Origin: Bdellovibrionales bacterium
Lineage (GTDB): Bacteria; Bdellovibrionota; Bdellovibrionia; Bdellovibrionales; JAMPXM01
Direction of reading: 5' to 3'
Assembly: GCA_043739185.1 (NCBI GenBank)
Contig: JAYUEN010000223.1
Location: 1-15,455 of the forward strand
DNA: 15,455 bases
In this document: one piece after another, positions 8,887 through 15,366 of the stretch
Numbering within the stretch: the stretch's first letter is position 1
How the letters are laid out: every line of letters begins with the position of its first letter
The notes under the pieces: model-generated
The model's input: only the letters and a program-made list of their open reading frames with translations
Told to the model about the DNA's origin: nothing
The model's database searches: none
Position numbers and translations under genes: made by a program

Positions 8887-10240
8887 AGCAAATGAATTTT
8901 GGTATGATCGGCTCTTTTGGACGACTCGTTTTTTATGGAATTCAACCTGCGAACTTGTGAACGGTATTAGGCACGAAAAAATTGATGTTGTCCGCTATGT
9001 CTATCCAGGTCTCATGATCGGTATCTTTTTTGTCTGTAGGGCCGACGTCTATCTTGGCAATTTTTTTGACCGTGAATGGCTGAAGTTAACGGACATCATG
9101 AGATCGGTTTTGGTGTACTCGTCAATTTTTTCAGGATTTGTTATTTGGTCTTTTGAACGAGCTTTTTATCGAACTCAGTTCCTTAGTAAGTTGCGGTCTG
9201 CATTTGAATACTGCGGACTTCAAGCAAATCGAAAATTTCCCGCCTTTATTTCAGATTTACCGATTGATGAACACGTTAGAAATTTAAAACTTCATGCCAA
9301 TGGTGTTCCGATTCAAAAGTTCAAGGACAACACAGCAAACTTAGAAGCCCATTTCAATGTGTCGATTGTTAAAATGTATGAGGAGCCAAATGATAAAAGC
9401 CGAATCAACTTGGTCTATGCTCTACAGGACTTGGCCCGCGAGGTCCACCTTGAGAACTCTGCCAGCTACCGTGACGGCGACATCCCAATTGGCGTGACCT
9501 ATGATGGTCCGATTAAGGTCAACATGCGGGACATTGCGCACCTAAGTGTCAACGGACAGACCGGCGGCGGCAAATCAAATGCCCTAAAAGTTTTGACTAC
9601 GATTCTAACCGAGAACAACCCAGGCGCTGAAGTTCACTTCCTGGATTTCAAAGGCGGAATGGAGCTTGCTGAGTTAATAAACAGACTTGGCACGGATTGC
9701 TCAAATTTCTTTCACAAGGCAGATACCCTTCCCTGTGCTGAGCACTTGGCCAAACTTGGGAAATCACTTGAAACCAGATTAAATCGGCTGGCAAGCGCCA
9801 AGGCCTCGTCGCTAGATAACTACGATCCGGCAAACGAGCCAAAGAAAGTTGACACTGATGGCGTTGATCGTGGGAGCCAAAAGATCCGACGGCAGTACAT
9901 CATAATTGATGAGATCGCAGAGCTCTACGTCACCAGGTCAAAAGCGAACCGAGAAACGGTTCTTGCAGCCCGCGAAGCCGTCAACCGAATTGCCCGTCAG
10001 GGTCGGGCAGCTGGTGTCCACTTGATCATTGCCACTCAGCGCCCAGATTCATCCAACTTCGACCAAACCGTGAAGTCGAATATCCCGGCTGTATTATGTT
10101 TTCCGATGCCATCACAAGCGGCCAGCGTATCAGCCCTTGGCACCAAGCGGGCTTTTGACCTAAATCCAGAAATCAAAGGCCGCGCAGTCTGGAAATTCGG
10201 TTCTCAGACCTGTGAAGTGCAAACTTATTTATTCAGTTAA
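8870..10240 (+). CDS. FtsK/SpoIIIE-family ATPase with two N-terminal TM segments, putative coupling protein or DNA translocase (456 aa)
   Basis: IPIGVT, Walker A GQTGGGKS, LDFKGG.EL, Walker B YIIIDEIAEL and IARQGRAAGVHLIIATQRP (FtsK signature). Start moved to ATG 8870 (GAGG RBS). Confidence 0.9.
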   Translation: MATQNKANEFWYDRLFWTTRFLWNSTCELVNGIRHEKIDVVRYVYPGLMIGIFFVCRADVYLGNFFDREWLKLTDIMRSVLVYSSIFSGFVIWSFERAFYRTQFLSKLRSAFEYCGLQANRKFPAFISDLPIDEHVRNLKLHANGVPIQKFKDNTANLEAHFNVSIVKMYEEPNDKSRINLVYALQDLAREVHLENSASYRDGDIPIGVTYDGPIKVNMRDIAHLSVNGQTGGGKSNALKVLTTILTENNPGAEVHFLDFKGGMELAELINRLGTDCSNFFHKADTLPCAEHLAKLGKSLETRLNRLASAKASSLDNYDPANEPKKVDTDGVDRGSQKIRRQYIIIDEIAELYVTRSKANRETVLAAREAVNRIARQGRAAGVHLIIATQRPDSSNFDQTVKSNIPAVLCFPMPSQAASVSALGTKRAFDLNPEIKGRAVWKFGSQTCEVQTYLFS

Positions 10241-10261
10241 TTTTTTATTAGGGGGGCCGTT

Positions 10262-11167
10262 ATGGATTCAGTAAAAGTCCGAAGACAAAAACCTATCAAG
10301 TCCAAACCGGGAATCGAATCTTTCTTGAGTTGGCGAAGTGCCAAGATTTTAGAATATATCTGGAAATGGAAAATTGCGTCAACGGCCTCGATTCATGAAG
10401 CCATTGGCCGACCTAATTCCGTCTACTCCACCTACAAAATCCTAGAGCGCCTCAAGACTCAGGGTTACATTCAAGACTACTTTCATTCGCGAGAAAGATT
10501 TTACGTTTGGTCCCTCACAGAGTTTGGATTTGCCGAGACAGTTAATTACCTCGGACAACTTGAAGAAGAAGGCTATCTATCCGAGAATCACCGCCATGAT
10601 CGACTCGTTCAGGCCTTCCAGCTTGGTGAATGGTCCACACATCAGAATCCCAGGGTTTTGTTTTTCACCGAACAGGATCTCCGCAGGCGAGGCGTAAGCC
10701 ACTATCCACCTTGGGTCCCGCCGACCAAGGAACACAGATCCGATGGCTATACCAGAATTGTCGGAACCAAAGAAGCCTGGACTTTTTCCTATGAGGCAGA
10801 GCTCTCGGCAAAAAGCACTCAGCAGTATGAAGGAATTCTTCGGTTCTACAAAATGTCAGCCGGAATCGATCGGGTATTCTGGTTGGTCGGCGATGCATTC
10901 ATCAAGGACCAGATTTTGAGTGCAAAGACCTGCATTAAGGATGACACGAACAACTACCATGTGTTCGTGGACCTCAATGATTTTCAAAAAAACGGTTGGG
11001 ATGCGATGGTTACCAACGAACGGTCAGAAAACCTATTCACATTACGCGATAAATACCAGGGACTTTGCGGGGATTTTATAGGTGAAATCATAGGGACCTT
11101 CAGGGGAAACTCGAGAGTTAGCGTCCACCTCGATGGCCGAAAAGTTCTAGGCAAAACAAGACGTTAG
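10262..11167 (+). CDS. Putative relaxase, MOB_C / replication-relaxation (PD-(D/E)xK) type with N-terminal winged helix
   Basis: D-x16-E-A-E-L-S-A-K-S-T-Q-Q-Y closely fits the MOB_C motif D-x6-17-E-x-E-(R/L)-x2-K-x3-R-(Y/F), with Q in place of R. Also HD motif (HRHDRL), wHTH-like N-terminus (YKILERLKTQGYI...VWSLTEFG), and position next to the coupling ATPase. Confidence 0.7.
   Translation: MDSVKVRRQKPIKSKPGIESFLSWRSAKILEYIWKWKIASTASIHEAIGRPNSVYSTYKILERLKTQGYIQDYFHSRERFYVWSLTEFGFAETVNYLGQLEEEGYLSENHRHDRLVQAFQLGEWSTHQNPRVLFFTEQDLRRRGVSHYPPWVPPTKEHRSDGYTRIVGTKEAWTFSYEAELSAKSTQQYEGILRFYKMSAGIDRVFWLVGDAFIKDQILSAKTCIKDDTNNYHVFVDLNDFQKNGWDAMVTNERSENLFTLRDKYQGLCGDFIGEIIGTFRGNSRVSVHLDGRKVLGKTRR
11057..11110 (+). 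repeat. Five degenerate direct repeats spaced about 11 bp apart (YAGGGA-like) in the 3' end of the relaxase gene
   Basis: CAGGGACTTT (11057), CGGGGATTTT (11068), TAGGTGAAAT (11079), TAGGGACCTT (11091), CAGGGGAAAC (11101). Confidence 0.4.
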
Positions 11168-11181
11168 AAATTTCCAAAATG

Positions 11182-11211
11182 GGGACACTTCCTTGAATGA
11201 GGGGGTGTTTC
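11182..11211 (+). other. 12-bp stem-loop (four G-U pairs) between the relaxase and lipoprotein genes
   Basis: GGGACACTTCCT-TGAATG-AGGGGGTGTTTC. There is no long U-tract after it, so terminator function is uncertain. Confidence 0.4.
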
Positions 11212-11255
11212 GCATGCTCCCAAATTCAAACTTACTCCCTTAAAGGATGTGCTTT

Positions 11256-11483
11256 ATGAAATTTACTCTTTGGACTGCGACCATGCTTTGTCTCTTTGTC
11301 AGTGGTTGCGCAAGTATGAATAAGAAACCCGCTGACGTTAAGGACCAAACTCCACCGCCGAAACTGCTGGCTCCAAGTGTGAAAAAAATCTGGATCCCTG
11401 CCGCAATTAAAAATGGCGGCATCGAATGGGAAGAGGGTCACTATATTTATCGAATTGAAAGGGAGACAACATGGTCCCGTTAA
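11256..11483 (+). CDS. TraV/VirB7-like small lipoprotein
   Basis: Lipobox VSG-C after a short signal peptide. PSVKKIWIPA...EGHYIYRIE...W resembles the TraV C-terminal pattern. Start ATG 11256 after an AAGGA RBS. Confidence 0.65.
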   Translation: MKFTLWTATMLCLFVSGCASMNKKPADVKDQTPPPKLLAPSVKKIWIPAAIKNGGIEWEEGHYIYRIERETTWSR

Positions 11484-12004
11484 CCGGCCCTAATGCCCTT
11501 GATGAAAAAGAGAACAATCAACTTCCCGCAAAATCCAAACACGAGCCTGAGATTGAGCGGATAAAACTTGGCAAGGTTGAAGCTGTAAAAGTGGCGGTGT
11601 GGCTTAAGCAGTTAGATGAATCCTCAAATGGCTTTTTACAGCTTACGAAATCAGACTTGGTTAATTTTATAATTCGCGATCGAAAGGGTGAACTCACACC
11701 AAAGGAAATTGTGCAGATTCGCGCCAACCACTACGATCCGATCCGGCATTTGAACTGGATTACACCACGGCTAAAAGAGGCACTCATTTCCGGCGACTCA
11801 GATCAAATTGCCCGTCTGCAAAATGAGATTCGCAGCATTGAATTGTCAGTCGTCAAGCGGGCAACGGCACCAAATGGTGAGGAAGCAGCTTCTGCTGTTC
11901 CGAAGCAAAAGAGGTCGCGACGCCCCAAAAAAGCCGATGAGTCAGAAGCACTTGGCTCAAGTGTAACTGATGGCTTGGCTGGTATTCGAGATGACCCCGT
12001 CTAA
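11471..12004 (+). CDS. Hypothetical protein, possibly RHH-like DNA-binding accessory factor
   Basis: 177-aa ORF overlapping the previous stop. IERIKL...VAVWLKQL...LTKSDLVNFIIR resembles strand-helix-helix, with a basic C-terminal tail. Confidence 0.6.
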   Translation: MVPLTGPNALDEKENNQLPAKSKHEPEIERIKLGKVEAVKVAVWLKQLDESSNGFLQLTKSDLVNFIIRDRKGELTPKEIVQIRANHYDPIRHLNWITPRLKEALISGDSDQIARLQNEIRSIELSVVKRATAPNGEEAASAVPKQKRSRRPKKADESEALGSSVTDGLAGIRDDPV

Positions 12005-12034
12005 ATATCCAAGACCAATTTGGGCACCAGGCTA

Positions 12035-12082
12035 TTGAATACGAGGAGAGGGCATGCTATTCTTAATAAGATTATTAAGAAT
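12035..12082 (+). promoter_or_regulatory. Sigma70 promoter with overlapping palindromic operator for the TA operon
   Basis: -35 TTGAAT (12035-12040), 17-nt spacer, extended -10 TG-C-TATTCT (12058-12063). Perfect IR ATTCTTAATAA-GA-TTATTAAGAAT (12059-12082), with a GGAGGT RBS immediately after. Confidence 0.8.
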
Positions 12083-12093
12083 GGAGGTTTCAA

Positions 12094-12336
12094 ATGAAGG
12101 CCACAAATAAAGCTCAAGTGGTATCAGTATCTCTGCCCCTCGATATGACAAAAGAGGTTCAGGAAATGGCCAGAGACGAGCGCAGGTCAGTGAGCGAAGT
12201 TATTCGAGAAGCTTTCCGTCAGTACGCAGCCAACAAGGTGCTTAAAGATGTTAGAAAAGAAGCTCGAAAATCGGCAAAGGCCAAGGGCATCAAGCCCGGT
12301 GATGTGGCAGCAATTGTACGCGAAGGTCGAAGATAA
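12094..12336 (+). CDS. Ribbon-helix-helix (CopG-like) antitoxin
   Basis: VVSVSLPLDMTKEVQEMARDERRSVSEVIREAFRQY is a clear RHH. TAATG-coupled to the PIN gene. Confidence 0.88.
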   Translation: MKATNKAQVVSVSLPLDMTKEVQEMARDERRSVSEVIREAFRQYAANKVLKDVRKEARKSAKAKGIKPGDVAAIVREGRR

Positions 12337-12743
12337 TGTTGAAAGTCTGTCTAGACACCAATGTCTGGATTAGCGGCTTGGCATTTTCGGGCGTCCCCGC
12401 CGAAATTGTAAGCCTTGCATTCAGCCGCAAATTTCAGGTGGTGACTTCAACCCTGATCCTTGAAGAGCTTAATCGCAACTTGATTAAGAAGTTCGACGTG
12501 AATCCAAAGCGCGCCAAACATCTGTGTTTTAGGATTGCGCAAATTGCCGATGTGTATGAGCCAAAGGGCACCATTCATGCGATAGCTGGACATCATGCCG
12601 ACAACTTGGTTTTGGAGACTGCCATTCTTGGCCGTGCAAAGTACCTTGTAACTGGCGATAGAGAGCACCTGCTCCCGCTCAAAGTTTTTAAGAATATTAA
12701 GATTGTCGAGCCCGCTTCGTTTTTACTTCGTTTAAAAAACTAG
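12336..12743 (+). CDS. PIN-domain toxin (VapC-like, PIN_3 type)
   Basis: KVCLDTNVWISGL, ILEEL, DNLVLETA...YLVTGD.HLL give the acidic PIN active-site pattern. Confidence 0.9.
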   Translation: MLKVCLDTNVWISGLAFSGVPAEIVSLAFSRKFQVVTSTLILEELNRNLIKKFDVNPKRAKHLCFRIAQIADVYEPKGTIHAIAGHHADNLVLETAILGRAKYLVTGDREHLLPLKVFKNIKIVEPASFLLRLKN

Positions 12744-12866
12744 ATCCTTTCGGCTACTGCCGCTGCATCAAAAATCACTTTTCATAAATCATGAGTTTTC
12801 GTTTATCAAAGCGGCTTTCAATCGCTTTCCGACGCGACTCTTTTCTTGATTTTCAGAGGAAATTAT

Positions 12867-13088
12867 ATGACATTGAATTCAATTAGCCCGAATGAAAATT
12901 CGGGTTCGCTCTTTGAAATTGCGAATAGCTGGTTGTCAACAAATGAGGTAGCAAAGATTCTTTCTATTACTCCGAACGCAGTTCGTATTCTGGTTTGTCG
13001 CGGGCGATTGCCCGCCTTCAGACTCGGAAGACATCTGCGGTTCCGGAAAAAAGATTGCATGGCCCTTGTCCAAAAAACAGGAGCCTAA
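12867..13088 (+). CDS. xis: Excisionase-like HTH_17 DNA-binding protein
   Basis: WLSTNEVAKILSITPNAVRILVCRGRLPAFRLGRHLRFRKKD. Ends 2 nt before int. ATG 12867 after a GAGGA RBS. Confidence 0.85.
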   Translation: MTLNSISPNENSGSLFEIANSWLSTNEVAKILSITPNAVRILVCRGRLPAFRLGRHLRFRKKDCMALVQKTGA

Positions 13089-13090
13089 AA

Positions 13091-14188
13091 ATGGCAATTT
13101 CGAATTACACCTTAAAAGGAAAGAAACTCTTTGAAGTTTATATCAATGGATCTGATCTTCGCGGTAAACGCGTGCAAATGCGAAAACGCGGAGTCACTTC
13201 CCTTAAGAAAGCCCAAGATCTCGAGTTTGAATTCAATCGCGAGCTTGCTCGCATCCGAGAAGAAGATATTCATCTTAGATGGAGCGAATGGTTTCCCGAG
13301 TGCATGAAGATTATGAAAGCAATGAATCAGCCCTCAACGATTTATACTTGCGAGAAAATCGCCGGTAAATGGATTCACAAGCATTGGAACTCTAAAGAAC
13401 TCAGGGGCATCTCAAAAACGGATGTGCATGAGTTGATCTATGAGAAGATGCTGGAGGGTGAATGTACAATGCATACGAGGAAATCCGTCTTGAAAATTGC
13501 AAAACGGATTTTTCAAGTTGCGATCGATACTGGAAAGCTTGACCGTAATCCCTGTCAGGGAATGATGGTCAAAGTTCCTGAGTCCGACATGAAAGTGCTT
13601 TCAAACACTGAGGCGCAGACTCTTCTAAGAAATGCCCAAAGCACTAATCATCGGTTTTATCCGGTGTGGGTTGTGGCGCTTTTTACGGGCATGCGCTCGG
13701 GTGAGCTTTTTGCCCTGAGATGGACTGATGTGGATTTGGAATCAAGAAACGTCCACGTCTCTAGAAGCTGGAATAGCAAAAACGGCATGAAGTCCACGAA
13801 GAATCAAAAAACCAGGATCGTCCCAATGGGGGATGAGCTTTTGGGGTTTTTGAAAAAGCTCAAGCTTGAGCGCGGCCAAGAAGAATTCGTTCTCCCACGG
13901 TTAATTGATTGGGAGCGCGGTGGTGCCGCCAAAGTGTTAAAAGCTTTTTGTCGAGGGATTGAGATCACGGAGATTAGGTTTCATGACTTGCGTGCAACAT
14001 TCATTACCAATCTTTTGAGCCAGGGTGAGTCCCTGGTCCGAGTGATGGCGATAGTGGGACATGCGGACATGGAAACGACAAACGAATACCTCAGAAAAGC
14101 CGGAATCGAGTTAAAGGGCGGCACTGATAAACTTGGGTACAAAGTGCCCGTGGAATCAGAGGGCAAAGTCCTTCAGTTGGTCCTATGA
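13091..14188 (+). CDS. int: Tyrosine recombinase / integrase (365 aa)
   Basis: TGMRSGELFALRW (R), TKN (K), FHDLRATF (HxxR), VGH and TTNEY (catalytic Y), with an N-terminal arm-binding-like region. Start moved to ATG 13091 (AGGAG RBS). Confidence 0.95.
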   Translation: MAISNYTLKGKKLFEVYINGSDLRGKRVQMRKRGVTSLKKAQDLEFEFNRELARIREEDIHLRWSEWFPECMKIMKAMNQPSTIYTCEKIAGKWIHKHWNSKELRGISKTDVHELIYEKMLEGECTMHTRKSVLKIAKRIFQVAIDTGKLDRNPCQGMMVKVPESDMKVLSNTEAQTLLRNAQSTNHRFYPVWVVALFTGMRSGELFALRWTDVDLESRNVHVSRSWNSKNGMKSTKNQKTRIVPMGDELLGFLKKLKLERGQEEFVLPRLIDWERGGAAKVLKAFCRGIEITEIRFHDLRATFITNLLSQGESLVRVMAIVGHADMETTNEYLRKAGIELKGGTDKLGYKVPVESEGKVLQLVL

Positions 14189-14198
14189 CCACGGCGAA

Positions 14199-14289
14199 TT
14201 GCTAGAAACACATAACGTGCGTTGCTACAGTTTGCTACAACTTGATTTTGGCCGAAAAATGTTGTGAATGATTACCAGGTGTTAGCAAA
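14199..14289. repeat. Putative integrase arm-type binding sites
   Basis: TTGCTAGA (14199), TTGCTACA (14222), TTGCTACA (14232) and an inverted TTAGCAA copy (14282), all between the int stop and the att core. Confidence 0.6.
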
Positions 14290-14304
14290 GGCGGCCGGGG
14301 GATT

Positions 14305-14318
14305 CTCCCTCTCCGCCA
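14305..14318 (+). other. attR core: 3' fragment of a tRNA-Ser-like gene (not an intact tRNA)
   Basis: CTCCCTCTCCGCCA matches typical bacterial tRNA-Ser 3' ends (...GAATCCCTCCCTCTCCGCCA). No TTCGAA T-loop or 5' half lies upstream. Confidence 0.72.
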
Positions 14319-14460
14319 ACTAAAATAAAAGAAGAGAGAAGAAAAGAGTGGGCGGGCTCCTTGCCCTGCGGAAAAAACTCGCGCGTCGTGCGCTCGGTTG
14401 CTTCGCAACGTCTTTTTTCCGATCCACTCTTTTCTTCTCTCTTCTTTTATTTTAGTTGGC
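14315..14460. repeat. 146-bp branched palindromic element with perfect 37-bp inverted arms
   Basis: GCCAACTAAAATAAAAGAAGAGAGAAGAAAAGAGTGG (14315-14351) is the exact reverse complement of 14424-14460. Inner stem CGGAAAAAA/TTTTTTCCG plus three small hairpins. Confidence 0.92.
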
Positions 14461-14653
14461 TGGCTCGGGCGAGGCTACGAACCGGTTCTTGAGTTCGACA
14501 AAAGGGCCAGAAGACAAGTCTATTTCCGTAGTTGCAAAAGAACTGATTGAAGAGGCTTTAGAAAAGCATGAGGATTTAATTCTATCTGAAATGGCTATGA
14601 AGCGGGAAGCAAAATCTAAAAAGACAATTCCACATGACAAAGCCTGGAAATAA
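14456..14653 (+). pseudogene. Antitoxin, probably 5'-truncated (RHH/RelB-like C-terminal half)
   Basis: KSISVVAKELIEEALEKHEDLILSEMAMKRE...IPHDKAW looks like the second half of RelE-associated antitoxins. The only start is a TTG inside the IR arm with no RBS, and the first ~18 codons do not resemble an RHH strand/helix A. Confidence 0.55.
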
Positions 14654-14918
14654 GCCATTTCAAGTTGAATACTTGGAAGGCGTTGTGAAGGACGATATTT
14701 CGTTGCTTCCAAAAACAATACGAAATCGAATAAAGACAGCGATAGAGACCAGACTTACTGTAGACCCAATTGGTCTCGGAAAGCCGTTAAGATATAGTTT
14801 TGTTGGTCATCGTAGAATTCGAGTTGGGGATTGCCGGATCGTCTATCGTTTAAACATGGAGAAACATTCAATTACAATAGTTCTGATTAAACAGCGTAAA
14901 GATGTTTACAAAGAATAG
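14634..14918 (+). CDS. relE: RelE/ParE-family toxin
   Basis: LPKTIRNRIKTAIETRL..DP..LGKPL....GHRRIRVGDCRIVY...IKQRKDVY. Overlaps the antitoxin stop. Confidence 0.88.
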   Translation: MTKPGNKPFQVEYLEGVVKDDISLLPKTIRNRIKTAIETRLTVDPIGLGKPLRYSFVGHRRIRVGDCRIVYRLNMEKHSITIVLIKQRKDVYKE

Positions 14919-15013
14919 TCCACCCTGAAGTCTTTAAGATTTAATTTTTGCAAAAATGAAGTTATCGAAATTTGCGCTCAAGCGGAGGATGCCCTGACCA
15001 TGGCGCGAAGCCC

Positions 15014-15031
15014 ATCTTACCCCCTCCGCCA
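15014..15031 (+). other. Second tRNA-Ser-like 3' remnant (older att scar)
   Basis: ATCTTACCCCCTCCGCCA resembles ...ATCCCACCCCCTCCGCCA and shares CTCCGCCAA with the 14311 site. Confidence 0.55.
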
Positions 15032-15040
15032 ATAAATTAG

Positions 15041-15366
15041 TCATCTTGCCCAATTGCCTACAACATCTCCACCCGATGAATTTTTAATATTAATATACCA
15101 GACGCCGGTATCTAGTTTAATTTCGCCGGCACCCCCGCGGTCATTGATCGAAAAGCTCGTGCTAGCACCATTCACACCCAATTTATATTCAGCCCATATA
15201 AATGGATTTGGTGAAATCCAATTGCTAGTGCTCGAGTAATCACATTTGGTTTTAGAAATCGTCGCCAATCGAAAAGCTCTTGTGGGCCCAACATCAGAAA
15301 ATCCAAATCCAGCAAGCTGGCCATTAATGGTTGAGTCTGCGGCAGTTACATTAAGTTTACAGGCTT
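15041..15366 (-). pseudogene. 3' remnant of a gene for a beta-rich, probably exported protein, interrupted by an IS
   Basis: The reading frame of the 15041-15268 ORF stays open upstream to 15376 (...ACKLNVTAADSTINGQLAGFGFSDVGPTRAFRLATISK...) with no ATG, and stops at the putative IS end. Confidence 0.5.

Larger units (their letters stand above)
1011..14318 (+). mobile_element. Integrative conjugative element: core transfer, integration module and right end (left boundary not visible, probably upstream of the window)
   Basis: Co-oriented T4SS genes, FtsK-type ATPase, relaxase-like gene, TA pair and xis-int, ending at a tRNA 3' fragment 117 bp after the int stop. Confidence 0.88.

Noticed and set aside
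8870..10240. Chromosomal cell-division FtsK or type VII secretion EccC/EssC
   Set aside because: It has a single ATPase domain, no C-terminal gamma domain and no WXG100 neighbours, and it is embedded in a conjugation operon.
1316..14166. Many 60-170 aa antisense or alternate-frame ORFs inside the ICE genes (e.g. 8235-8741, 7032-7370, 7894-8238)
   Set aside because: They overlap well-supported, RBS-bearing, translationally coupled + strand genes and show no recognisable motifs.
12867..14188. Prophage interpretation of xis-int
   Set aside because: No capsid, terminase, tail or lysis genes are present, and the neighbours are conjugation genes.
14240..14318. Intact tRNA gene after the integrase
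   Set aside because: Only the last ~14 nt are tRNA-like, and no cloverleaf or T-loop can be formed.
14452..15239. ORFs 14452-14718(-) and 15054-15239(+)
   Set aside because: Antisense shadows of the TA pair and of the minus-strand gene remnant.
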